A stretch of DNA of 57,649 nt. Source: Pseudomonadota bacterium (lineage in GTDB: Bacteria; Pseudomonadota; Gammaproteobacteria; Burkholderiales; SG8-39). The first letter of the stretch is position 1. Each line of letters starts with the position of its first letter. This document shows positions 10,919-19,893 of this stretch, piece after piece. The notes beneath the pieces were generated by a model that saw nothing but the letters and a program-made list of their open reading frames with translations, did no database searches and was not told the DNA's origin. Made by a program: the position numbers and the translations under genes. Location: contig JBBPIU010000004.1 of the NCBI GenBank assembly GCA_038040245.1, forward strand, positions 1-57,649, given 5' to 3'.

Positions 10919-12061
10919 TCAGCGATACTGGGTAAACGTGTTGCTGTCCCGGGTCAGCAGACTCATCAATTTCGGGTGAACGAAAAGCTTTTCCTTGCCG
11001 AATGTCTGTTCGCGCAGGACGCCAATCCCGACGAACGCTTTCAGATACCGGGAGGCAGCCTGGCGCTCCGCGATCCTGGCCTCGACGAGGTTTGCGATCC
11101 GGCAGTACGGCTGCTCGAAGGTCAGATCGACCAGTTCGCGGCTGTAAATCTTGGGAAGTTTGATGCGCACGAAATCCGCCGTCTCGTTCGACAGCTTGCG
11201 AATGGCGGCGATTTTGGCGGTGGTCCACGTCGCCGTTTCTTCGACACCGCGGAGCATGTAGAGCAGCCACGCTTCCCAGGCGCCCTCGCGCGTGACCGCG
11301 AGGAGCAAGCGGTAGTAGTCCGCCTTGTTGTTGATGATGTAGCGGCTGAGATAGAGGATCGGCAGTGTGAGCAGCCCTGTTTCGACGAGGAACAGGCTGT
11401 TCAGGACACGGCCGGTACGGCCGTTGCCGTCGGTGAAGGGGTGAATGGCCTCGAACTGGTAATGCGCCGCTGCCATGCGGATCAAAGGATCGAGCGTTTC
11501 TTCCTCATGCAGGAAGCGCTCCCAATTGGCGAGCAGATCGCGGATGCGCGCCTCGCCCTCGGGCGGGGTGTAGATGACCTCACCCGTGGTGCCTTTGGCG
11601 AGCGCGGTGCCGGGCACCTTGCGCACGCCCATGTCGATGCCCTTGATGTGCGTGCAGATCGATTCCGCGGTGCGCGTGGTGAGCGGCCGGGTTTTCAGGG
11701 CCTTGACGCCTTCCAGCAGCGCGCGCCGGTAGCGCAGGGCTTCCCGGGTCGCAGGATCGGCGCCGCCGTCGGCCTGCGAGTGCTGGAACAGCCGGTCGGC
11801 CGTCGTGACGATGTTTTCGATCTCGGAACTCGCCCGCGCCTCAAGGAGCGGCAGGGTGTTGATGAGCATCGAGGGGTTGGGGATCAACTCGGCCGCTTGC
11901 TTCAGTTCGGCGAGCGCTGCCCTGGATTTAACGCATTGCTTTAAAACGTCTTTTGTCTCTATCTCGACGGCCGGCGGGAGCTTGGGAAGGTCGTTGTAGG
12001 GCCGCTCGGGGTCCCAGGGGCTCCCCTTGCTCGTGTTTACGAAAGCGGATTTTTGCGACAC
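10919..12061 (-). CDS. Fic-family adenylyltransferase with C-terminal HTH
   Basis: Canonical [12 protein letters not shown] Fic motif; N-terminal inhibitory ASSEIEN; HTH-like C-terminus. Start (GTG) is uncertain. Confidence 0.92.
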   Translation of the reverse strand: MSQKSAFVNTSKGSPWDPERPYNDLPKLPPAVEIETKDVLKQCVKSRAALAELKQAAELIPNPSMLINTLPLLEARASSEIENIVTTADRLFQHSQADGGADPATREALRYRRALLEGVKALKTRPLTTRTAESICTHIKGIDMGVRKVPGTALAKGTTGEVIYTPPEGEARIRDLLANWERFLHEEETLDPLIRMAAAHYQFEAIHPFTDGNGRTGRVLNSLFLVETGLLTLPILYLSRYIINNKADYYRLLLAVTREGAWEAWLLYMLRGVEETATWTTAKIAAIRKLSNETADFVRIKLPKIYSRELVDLTFEQPYCRIANLVEARIAERQAASRYLKAFVGIGVLREQTFGKEKLFVHPKLMSLLTRDSNTFTQYR

Positions 12062-12134
12062 GTCCGCAGCTTATGTCGCTGGCGGCGACACGTCAAGAGA
12101 ACGTGTCGCTAGAACTGCTATTTTGCGACACGTC
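12055..12134. repeat. Three GCGACACGTC copies forming GCGACA-N13-TGTCGC palindromes upstream of fic
   Basis: Copies at 12055, 12085 and 12125; inverted halves end at 12079 and 12109. Confidence 0.8.
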
Positions 12135-12191
12135 ACACTACCGCTCAGCGGACGGTGAAGAGGGGCTCGGAAGCGCTCTATACCCTTCGAA

Positions 12192-12497
12192 TTACGCCGC
12201 AGCCTTCAGCACTTCGACCTCGCGGTCGAGCTTGCCGGCGATGGCGTCCTTCGCGACCTCCAGGTTGTAGTGCGATTGCAGGTTCATCCAGAACTGCGCT
12301 TCCATACCGAAGAATTTCCCGAGACGCAGTGCCGTATCCGCGGTGATCGAGCGCTTGCCATGGACGATCTCGTTGATACGCCGAGGCGACACGCTGATGC
12401 CCTTGGCGAGACGGTACTGGCTGATTTCCAGCCCCTTGAGGAAGTCCTCCGCCAGCACCACGCCGGGATGCACCGGATCGAATTTGCGCTTGGCCAT
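12192..12497 (-). CDS. higA: HigA-family antitoxin (Xre HTH)
   Basis: PVHPGVVLAEDFL, RRINEIVHGKRSITADTALRL, FWMNLQ; ATG at 12497 with AAGGAG upstream. Confidence 0.93.
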   Translation of the reverse strand: MAKRKFDPVHPGVVLAEDFLKGLEISQYRLAKGISVSPRRINEIVHGKRSITADTALRLGKFFGMEAQFWMNLQSHYNLEVAKDAIAGKLDREVEVLKAAA

Positions 12498-12508
12498 GTC
12501 GTTCTCCT

Positions 12509-12649
12509 TCAGTGATAGTTCACGATCTCGACTCTGTAGGCATCGCCGTCCTTCCATACGAAGCAGATGCGCCACTGGTCGTTGATGCGAATGCTGTGCT
12601 GCCCCACCCGGCCGTGCTTCAGCGCTTCAAGCCGATTGCCCGGCGGGAG
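12509..12649 (-). pseudogene. higB: 5'-truncated HigB (RelE-fold) toxin remnant
   Basis: Own translation: LPPGNRLEALKHGRVGQHSIRINDQWRICFVWKDGDAYRVEIVNYH*. This is the C-terminal half only; the N-terminus is replaced by the der-tail copy, and no start codon lies between it and the in-frame TAG at 12716-12718. Confidence 0.88.
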
Positions 12650-12716
12650 GCTAGGCGCGCTTGTGCCCGGCCGCTTTGCTGCGCAGCTGTTTTTTGATTT
12701 GCCGCCGGACTTGACC
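12648..12716 (-). repeat. Degenerate copy of the der 3' end (left boundary repeat)
   Basis: Aligns with 24448-24526: 18-bp identity TTGCCGCCGGACTTGACC at 12699-12716, and 37/42 identity over 12648-12689 including the der stop codon. Confidence 0.92.
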
Positions 12717-12750
12717 TAGCGTCGACGGACACAACAAAAATGTAGTCGGA

Positions 12751-14481
12751 TTACACGGGCCACGCGGCAATCGCAATTTTGGAAAGTTCGACCTGTCGCG
12801 CATCAATAGAGGTGCGGTCCCAATCCGGGTAGGTAGCAATCTGCCGCGTGAGAAGAATATTAGAAGCAGCGAGCACCGGCTTCTTCTCTGCAAACGCCTT
12901 AGAGGACACCTTCTTGTTTCCGGTCTTGTAGAGCAGACAAAGATTGCCGAAGCGCGAAGCACAATCGTCCACCAGCTTCGGATCGACCTTGATCGCGACG
13001 GCCCACCCGGCGCCCGGCTTGCGGGGGAGCACATGTTCGAGATTGACCAATTCAGGGTCGTGAATTGGAGCAAGCTCAGGCGCCTTCCCAGGATTTTTCT
13101 GAACCCAATATTTAAGCTCAAGCGCTCGAAACAACCAACGTGCAACAGCAGGCTTCACATTTTCGTACTTGGCGAAATCTTGAGCGAATTCGTCGTCCGG
13201 CGGAATTATGGCTTTCAAGTTATCCCAGGCCGATTTCGCATGTTTGTGCTTCTTTGTATAAATACCTTCGGCGACCGCAGCAGCACGAATTTCAAGCCGA
13301 CCAGTACGGCCTCGGCCAATCAACTGATACCGAAGAATGAGCGTGACCAGACTCCGTAGGAGCTTGCCAAGTTCATTCGCATCAAAGCGATCAAGGGCCG
13401 CAAGAACGATGGGATGAGTCTGCTTGCCGCCCAAAAGGTCAAGGGCACGGACGGTGTCCTGCGTGGCCGCACCGTGACTTTTCCATAGTTCGCTGTCGGC
13501 CACCTCGAGACCAGCATACTGCTCCGCGACACGAGCTAGCTCCTTGGAAAGTTGAATGACCTTCGCGCGCGAGTCGTAGCGTCGCTTCAGTTCGTGGAAG
13601 AGGCGGCCTCGCTGAATACGACCGTAGCGTGAGGTCCAAAATGCCTTCAGGAAGTCGTCGGCCCGGCGGTCACCGAGTCGAGCCATCATCAACGCCCAGT
13701 TAGTCTGAATCTGCTGCTCACCAGGTCCTTTGGCAACGCGAAAAAGGTGATTCTTTAGCAGGTCGAGTACAGACAGATCGATACCGCGGTCGTTCAGCGA
13801 TTCGAAGATCATGTACGCATTCTCTGGAGCCGTGACATCGAGGCAATTCACCTGGACGTTATCCCGCAGGTACTTCGCGAGGTCGAACAGCTTGCCCGCG
13901 CGAGCCTTCTTATCAGTACCCTGAGCTTCGGCCAATGAGGCGACAAGTTGCCTACACCTAAGCGCCGCGTCACACAGTTTGCGGGTGGACGTGTATCGCC
14001 CGGCCGTTGCCGTCTTGGCTTCAAGCTCGTGCAACGAACAGGTACTTACCACGATCTCCTGAAAAATTTGTTGATTATTCAGATTCATGACAATGCGAGG
14101 CTCGTCCTCCTCAACACCAATTTCCGAAATTCCAATGAACTCGTTCTGAATCTTCGTGGCTTCGGATTCAAAACCGTTCTCCACGAGCCATTGGCGAATT
14201 GCAGCATAGATCATTGTCGTGGTTGCGAGCCGTTGCTGCCCATCGAGGATCTCGAAGCGCTTTGTCCCAGAGGTGTCATCTGCCACAAGGACGAGGAGAC
14301 CAAGGAAATAGTCCGCATCATCCCGATCGAGCGCGCCCACAACGTCTTCAACATATTGCTCAACGGAGCCAATGGGCCACGCATAGTCCCGCTGATGCTG
14401 CGGAACCGAAAAATACCGGCGCTCACTGATTAGCTGACCAATGCCACGAGTGACCGAAACCATGTGCTGTTGCTGTGCCAT
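12751..14481 (-). CDS. DUF262 + DUF1524(HNH) protein, GmrSD/SspE-like nuclease
   Basis: VPQHQRDYAW, ILDGQQRL, IFESLNDRG, NLEHVLP...FGNLCLL...N; visibly more AT-rich than the host genes. Confidence 0.87.
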   Translation of the reverse strand: MAQQQHMVSVTRGIGQLISERRYFSVPQHQRDYAWPIGSVEQYVEDVVGALDRDDADYFLGLLVLVADDTSGTKRFEILDGQQRLATTTMIYAAIRQWLVENGFESEATKIQNEFIGISEIGVEEDEPRIVMNLNNQQIFQEIVVSTCSLHELEAKTATAGRYTSTRKLCDAALRCRQLVASLAEAQGTDKKARAGKLFDLAKYLRDNVQVNCLDVTAPENAYMIFESLNDRGIDLSVLDLLKNHLFRVAKGPGEQQIQTNWALMMARLGDRRADDFLKAFWTSRYGRIQRGRLFHELKRRYDSRAKVIQLSKELARVAEQYAGLEVADSELWKSHGAATQDTVRALDLLGGKQTHPIVLAALDRFDANELGKLLRSLVTLILRYQLIGRGRTGRLEIRAAAVAEGIYTKKHKHAKSAWDNLKAIIPPDDEFAQDFAKYENVKPAVARWLFRALELKYWVQKNPGKAPELAPIHDPELVNLEHVLPRKPGAGWAVAIKVDPKLVDDCASRFGNLCLLYKTGNKKVSSKAFAEKKPVLAASNILLTRQIATYPDWDRTSIDARQVELSKIAIAAWPV

Positions 14482-14552
14482 ATTCGCTCCCTAGCCCGGA
14501 CCGCAAATCGGTCCAGACGCTCCATTGGCTGTTAGCCCAGGTCGCCGGCGCT

Positions 14553-17500
14553 TCATCGCTGACTCGTGAGTGAATACACCATGTCGCCGACGAACCGCCG
14601 AAACGAGTCGTTCTCGACGAACTGCTTGTAGACCTGCGTGTCGTCCTTGAGCAGCAGCTGCATCACCTTGCCGAGCGCCTGGTCGTGTGCCATGCGCGCG
14701 GTGTGCGGCGTGTTTTCCTTCGCGTTCTGATAGGCCTTGTCGGCAGCGACTTTGGGGGCAATGTCATCGCGAATGCGCTTCGCGACATGGTCGGCGTCCG
14801 TGAAGAGCGTGCCGAATTGATCGTTGAAGGTCTTGAGGATGTTGCTGAGGCGGTCGAGTTCGGGTTCGGCCTTGCCACCTCCGCCATCAGTCGGGACGGG
14901 TTCAATCTCCGCATCCTTATCCGCTAACGCAATCTTCATTGCCGCCTTCTTCTCGACGCGGTAGCTATCCATGTCGATGGCTTCAAGGATGCCCTTGGCG
15001 AGGTCCTCTTCCTTCGGAGCTGGCAGCTTGGGCGTGAGCAGGTTCAGGAGAATCGAAAGCTTCTCCCACTCAGGGTTCTTGTATGGCATCACCGAGGCGA
15101 GGAAGTCGTAGGTGCGGCAGAAGGTCTTCGCCTTGCCCTTGAAGTCCACCTGCTGGCCCTCGTCGAGCGTGCCCGTGTAAACCACCACACAGGCATCGAG
15201 GATCGGGTCGAGCCGGTCGCGGTCGGCACCGCCGAGGAACAACTCGACGACCTGCTGAACCTGCTCTGGTGAATACACCTGTGCGCGGTCCAGCGCCGCC
15301 TTCAGGTCATGCAGTTTGTTGGGGTCGGTCTCCTCCGCGAGCAGGGTGGTGCGGTAGTAGTCCTGGAAGGCGAAGGTGATCGCCTCGCTGTTGTTCTGGA
15401 AATCGAGGACGAAACAGTCGTGCTTTTGCGGATGCGCGCGGTTGAGGCGCGAGAGCGTCTGCACCGCCTTGATCCCCGAGAGCGGCTTGTCCACGTACAT
15501 CGTGTGCAGGAGCGGTTCGTCGTAGCCCGTCTGGAATTTGTCGGCGCAGATCAGGAAGCGGTACGGGTCGCCCTGGATCTTCTCGGCAATGTCGCCGCTC
15601 GAAAAACCGTTGAGCGACGGTTCGCTCACCTTGACCCCGCCGTACTCGTGCTGCCCCGAGAAGGCGACGATGGCCTGGTACGGGCTCTTGCGCTCCAGGA
15701 GATACGCCTTCACCGCGTTGTAGTACTGCACGGCGCGCTCGATGCCGCTGGTCACCACCATTGCCCGTGCCTGCCCGCCAATCTTCCCGGCCGCGAGCAC
15801 CTGCTCGTGGAAGTGGTCCACCATGATCTCGGCTTTGAGCCGGATCGCATGGTCGTGGCTCTCCACGTAGCGGCGCAGCTTCTTCTTCGCCTTCCTGGTG
15901 TCGAACTCCGGGTCGCTCTCGATTTTCTTGACCAGCTTGTAGTAGCTGTCCACCGGCGTGTAGGTCTTGAGCACATCGAGGATGAAGCGCTCCTCGATCG
16001 CCTGCTTCATGGTGTAGCTGTGGAAGGGTTTGTGTTTGACCTTGCCCTGGGCATCGGGCGGCAGCGCCTCGCCGAACATCTCAAGCGTCTTGTTCTTGGG
16101 TGTAGCGGTGAAGGCGAAGTAGCTGGCGTTGGTCAGCATCTTGCGCGCCGCCATGCGCTGCTCAAGGGCCTCGTTCACCGTATCTTCCGGGTCCTTCTCT
16201 TCGTCGTCGCCCTCCGCCGCATCGCCCAGCGCCTTGCTCATCGCCGCGGAGGTCTTACCGCCCTGTCTCGAATGCGCCTCGTCGATGACGATGGCGAAGG
16301 TCTTGCCGCCTTCGGTGGCGATCTCGTCGAGGATGAAGGGGAACTTCTGCACCGTCGAGACGATGATCTTCTTTCCTTCCTCGATGAACTTGCGCAGGTC
16401 GCCCGAGCCCTCGGCGTGGCCCACCGTCGCACCCACCTGCATGAACTGCTTGATGGTCTTCTGGATCTGGTCGTCGAGGATGCGCCGGTCTGTGACCACG
16501 ATCACCGAGTCGAACACCTCTTTGCCGCCGCGCTTGACGCCAATGAGTTGGTGCGCGAGCCAGGCGATGGAGTTCGACTTGCCGCTCCCCGCCGAGTGCT
16601 GGATCAGATAGCGCTTGCCCGCGCCGTGGGCTTGCACTTCGGCGAGAGCCTTGCGCACCACGCCGAGCTGGTGGTAGCGCGGGAACACCTGACTGGGCTT
16701 CTTCTTGCCCGTCTTCGCATGTTTCGTCTCGACGATCTGGGCGTAGTTCTCGAGGATGTCGGTCAACCCCGCCGGGGTGAGCAGCACTTTCCAGAGGTAG
16801 TCGGTCTTGACGCCCTGCGGGTTGGGCGGATTGCCCGCACCATCGTTGAAACCCTTATTGAGGGGCAGGAACCACGAGCCCTTGGCCTTGAGTTCGGTGC
16901 ACATGCGCACCTCGCTATCGTCCACCGCGAAGTGCACCACGCAGCGGCCGAACCCGAACAGCCGCTCGCGCGGATCGCGGTCGCGGCGGTACTGCTCCAC
17001 CGCGTCTTCGACCGTCTGCTTTGTGAGGCTGTTTTTTAACTCAAAAGTGGCAATTGGCAGGCCGTTGATGAACAAACCAAGGTCGAGCGCGCGACGCGTC
17101 TCGTCCATGCTGTAGGCCAACTGGCGCGTGATCGAGAAGCGGTTCTGTGCGTGCAGCGCTTGCGCCTTGGCGTTGCCCTCCGAGGGCGTGCCGTAAAAGA
17201 GATCGAAGCGCATCGGCCCATGGTCTACGCCCTTGCGCAGCACGTCGATCACGCCGCGCTTGCCGATCTCCGACGAGAGGCGCGCGAGGAACTTGAGGCG
17301 GTCGATGTCCTTGAGATCGCCAGCGTCGACCATCGCCAGTTTCTTGAAAGCCTCGGGCTGCGTAGCGCGCAGGAAGGCAAATAGCTGCGGCACATCGAGC
17401 GCATGGGCGCGGTCGTAGTCCTTCGCGCTGCCCGCGAAGTACCCCGTGCCGCCGTAGGGCGCGGGCGGCTCGGCCAAGACGCCCGGCGTGACGGCGAGGC

Positions 17501-17570
17501 CGTCCGTGCCGGTCATGTGGCGCATGATCAGCGTTTCGAGGCCCTTTTCGCTGGTGTCGGTGGTAGTCAC
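14553..17570 (-). CDS. hsdR: Type I restriction enzyme R subunit
   Basis: DLGLFINGLPIATFELKN nuclease motif, HSAGSGKS, IDEAH, FTATP, KFQTGYDEP, QTLSRLNR; GTG at 17570 overlaps the upstream TAG. Confidence 0.95.
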   Translation of the reverse strand: MTTTDTSEKGLETLIMRHMTGTDGLAVTPGVLAEPPAPYGGTGYFAGSAKDYDRAHALDVPQLFAFLRATQPEAFKKLAMVDAGDLKDIDRLKFLARLSSEIGKRGVIDVLRKGVDHGPMRFDLFYGTPSEGNAKAQALHAQNRFSITRQLAYSMDETRRALDLGLFINGLPIATFELKNSLTKQTVEDAVEQYRRDRDPRERLFGFGRCVVHFAVDDSEVRMCTELKAKGSWFLPLNKGFNDGAGNPPNPQGVKTDYLWKVLLTPAGLTDILENYAQIVETKHAKTGKKKPSQVFPRYHQLGVVRKALAEVQAHGAGKRYLIQHSAGSGKSNSIAWLAHQLIGVKRGGKEVFDSVIVVTDRRILDDQIQKTIKQFMQVGATVGHAEGSGDLRKFIEEGKKIIVSTVQKFPFILDEIATEGGKTFAIVIDEAHSRQGGKTSAAMSKALGDAAEGDDEEKDPEDTVNEALEQRMAARKMLTNASYFAFTATPKNKTLEMFGEALPPDAQGKVKHKPFHSYTMKQAIEERFILDVLKTYTPVDSYYKLVKKIESDPEFDTRKAKKKLRRYVESHDHAIRLKAEIMVDHFHEQVLAAGKIGGQARAMVVTSGIERAVQYYNAVKAYLLERKSPYQAIVAFSGQHEYGGVKVSEPSLNGFSSGDIAEKIQGDPYRFLICADKFQTGYDEPLLHTMYVDKPLSGIKAVQTLSRLNRAHPQKHDCFVLDFQNNSEAITFAFQDYYRTTLLAEETDPNKLHDLKAALDRAQVYSPEQVQQVVELFLGGADRDRLDPILDACVVVYTGTLDEGQQVDFKGKAKTFCRTYDFLASVMPYKNPEWEKLSILLNLLTPKLPAPKEEDLAKGILEAIDMDSYRVEKKAAMKIALADKDAEIEPVPTDGGGGKAEPELDRLSNILKTFNDQFGTLFTDADHVAKRIRDDIAPKVAADKAYQNAKENTPHTARMAHDQALGKVMQLLLKDDTQVYKQFVENDSFRRFVGDMVYSLTSQR

Positions 17571-18511
17571 TAGGCAACCGCCCAAATGTTCAACAAAGTC
17601 CGCGCAAAGGACTGGTCTCGAATCACACCGTTCCGACGCAACCGCTTCTGCGCACACCCAAGTTCTCGCGCCAACGACTTGACCTTCCGGCGCCGCCGCG
17701 CCGGTCGCTCCAAGTAAACAAAGGATATCCGGCGCTTGCGGTCCCGGCGCGGGCGCACGTGCAGCACATTGCCGGGCGGCGAAATCAAAACACTGCCGTC
17801 ACCCTCATCAGTAACCTGCACCACCACATCATCACGCTCGTAAGGGCAGATACCAGAGTATCGGAAGCTATCCAATTCAAAACTGCGCGGATGCTGGCGG
17901 CGCTTTCTAGCCACGGCCAAACCGCTGTCGTGGAGGTTTTGATCGTGGTCCGACCACGGAACCAATTTCAGTTGCGCTAGAAGCACTCGGGGGAGCGTCG
18001 CGCGGCGGAACGTTTCCTTCACTTGCTTCTTCCCTCGTTTGCCGCCCGGAATTCGTGGTGGGCGATATAGCTTGGCCAACCGCTTCAGCACGTGGGGAGT
18101 CAGTTCATGGAGGCAATGCTCGCGCACGAACTGCAGCGCTGCGCGGACGACGCCGGACTCGTTCGTACGGATCACCGCCTCGACCAGTAGGCCCGCAGAA
18201 CGGCTGGAAGCGTTCGTCGAGCCGATGTAGGCGGCACGGCCCAGCACAAACACCTTCGCATGCAGGTTCGGCACGCTGTAAACGGCTACACCGCGTTTCT
18301 GCAGCTTCAACAGGTCGGCCGGACAAGTCTGGCCGGAGGCGACGGCGCGTTCACTGGCATCTACCACGAGCCGGCTACCCTTTGAAAGCGGCAACAGGCG
18401 GCTCGCGCCCGCGCCGAAATACGCGACGGCCACGGCACATCTCTGCCGAGAACTACGCACAGCCTTGGTGAGTTGGGGCCAGATATCCCGACTCAGAAAG
18501 GCGGTAGTCAT
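17570..18511 (-). CDS. Phospholipase D-superfamily (single HxK) putative nuclease with basic C-terminal domain
   Basis: AVAYFG, NLHAKVFVLGRAAYIGSTNAS, downstream conserved Glu (LVEAVI); coupled to hsdS and hsdR. Confidence 0.75.
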   Translation of the reverse strand: MTTAFLSRDIWPQLTKAVRSSRQRCAVAVAYFGAGASRLLPLSKGSRLVVDASERAVASGQTCPADLLKLQKRGVAVYSVPNLHAKVFVLGRAAYIGSTNASSRSAGLLVEAVIRTNESGVVRAALQFVREHCLHELTPHVLKRLAKLYRPPRIPGGKRGKKQVKETFRRATLPRVLLAQLKLVPWSDHDQNLHDSGLAVARKRRQHPRSFELDSFRYSGICPYERDDVVVQVTDEGDGSVLISPPGNVLHVRPRRDRKRRISFVYLERPARRRRKVKSLARELGCAQKRLRRNGVIRDQSFARTLLNIWAVA

Positions 18512-19893
18512 GCGGCCGCCTCCTCATCCGCGGACTCAGTCTCGTCGCTCACGTCAGCGGTTTCCTCGTCGGTGTAGGGTGCGGATTCCTCGGGTAGTCG
18601 GGCCGCCACCTCGCGCACATCGAGCTTGCCGGTCACCACGTCGGCGACGAGACGGGTACGGTATTCGCGGAGCAGTTCGATCTCGCGTTCAAAGCGGGTG
18701 ATGGACGTGTTCAGGTCAGCGGTTTCCAATTGAATCGCTTTGACGATCCGCTCTTGCTCCTCAGGTGGTGGTTGAATGAGCGGAAGCCGAAAGAACTCTT
18801 CGGGGTACAACCGGAGGCGCGACGCCCGCAGTCCTGTTGAACGGCAAATAATATTCGAAACATACGGCCTGCAACGGAGCAGACCATCCATGTATGTACC
18901 AACGATGCGCTCGGGTCGATGTGGCCGGTAGACAGCGTAAGCGGGGCTGATGATTCCTGCGTAGGTTGAGACGCCTAGCGCGCCCATCCATGCCCACATC
19001 GTGTTCACTACGAGATCACCCGGCTGACAAAGTTTGTGGCCTGCATATGACGCGGCCTTGAACATCGTTATGTTCTTTTGGCTGCGCGGGGTAACGCCAG
19101 TAAGGTGCGAAACAGAAAGTAGTTCTTCGTTGCCATGAGTAGAGCGGTCATCAACTTCGCGATACAGGTACTTCGCACGCAGCACCTCCCAATGCCGTGG
19201 AATGTCGCCGAGCCAAGGGATACCGGACGGTTTTAGGGGAACGAAGGGATCGAGGCCGCGGGTGACGGCGCGGTGGATGATGGCCTGCTTTTGCTCGTTG
19301 AGCAGCGCGATCACCTTCCGCTTCGCCCGGATCGTCCGCTCCAGCCGCCCATTCGCCCAGTCCAGAAACCGCACAATCGCCGCCTGCTCGCCGAGCGGGG
19401 GGAGAAGAATTGGAATCTCTCGCATTCCAGCAATGGACAAATCCCACTGACCGACTCGCACTCCGTCGGATGCCTGCGCGAAGTGCGCGACGTACGGTTT
19501 GCTGCGAAGCAACCTCTGACCGAAAGCGTGGTTGGCGATGCGGAAGTCGAAAACAAAGTAGGCTGGGCTGACGATCCCATCGCATGGCGCGATGCCCATT
19601 GAGCCCTGCCACGCCTTCATCTTGTTGATCACGAGATTGCCAGCACGAGCCACCTTGTAGTTGCTCAGATCTTCAGGAATGACGTTGTGATTCTCATCTG
19701 CATCGGTGAGAGAGCGAACGAACACGCCCTTCTCCCGCGCGACCGACAACAGCGGCAGATCTGCCCGATCTCGTTCGGTTCGCTTCGAGATGAGCGTGCG
19801 GAGATTCCGCACTTCCCATTTAGCCGGGACAGCGCCAAGCCACTTTGAGCCCGACTCCTTGTATTGCACATACGACTTGAGGTCGGCGATCAT
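18508..19893 (-). CDS. hsdS: Type I R-M specificity subunit
   Basis: YKESGSKWLGAVPAKW and LKPSGIPWLGDIPRHW repeats, two TRDs, PPLGEQAAI and PPPEEQERI helices, VVTGKLDVR. Confidence 0.95.
   Translation of the reverse strand: MIADLKSYVQYKESGSKWLGAVPAKWEVRNLRTLISKRTERDRADLPLLSVAREKGVFVRSLTDADENHNVIPEDLSNYKVARAGNLVINKMKAWQGSMGIAPCDGIVSPAYFVFDFRIANHAFGQRLLRSKPYVAHFAQASDGVRVGQWDLSIAGMREIPILLPPLGEQAAIVRFLDWANGRLERTIRAKRKVIALLNEQKQAIIHRAVTRGLDPFVPLKPSGIPWLGDIPRHWEVLRAKYLYREVDDRSTHGNEELLSVSHLTGVTPRSQKNITMFKAASYAGHKLCQPGDLVVNTMWAWMGALGVSTYAGIISPAYAVYRPHRPERIVGTYMDGLLRCRPYVSNIICRSTGLRASRLRLYPEEFFRLPLIQPPPEEQERIVKAIQLETADLNTSITRFEREIELLREYRTRLVADVVTGKLDVREVAARLPEESAPYTDEETADVSDETESADEEAAA

Noticed and set aside
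12055-12134. Mini-CRISPR interpretation of the GCGACACGTC repeats
   Set aside because: Repeats are only 10 bp, spacing is unequal, inverted copies are present and there are no cas genes. An operator array fits better.
12651-13145. 164-aa ORF ending in the der-like peptide KKQLRSKAAGHKRA
   Set aside because: Mostly an off-frame overlap of the DUF262 gene. Useful only as evidence of the tail duplication.
14482-14552. Possible integron attC site (GGCTAAC after the hsdR stop)
   Set aside because: No matching GTTRRRY end, no long imperfect palindrome, no similar sites at other junctions and no intI gene.
18508-19893. Phase-variable or invertible hsdS
   Set aside because: Single hsdS; no silent TRD copies, invertase, inverted repeats or simple-sequence tract seen.
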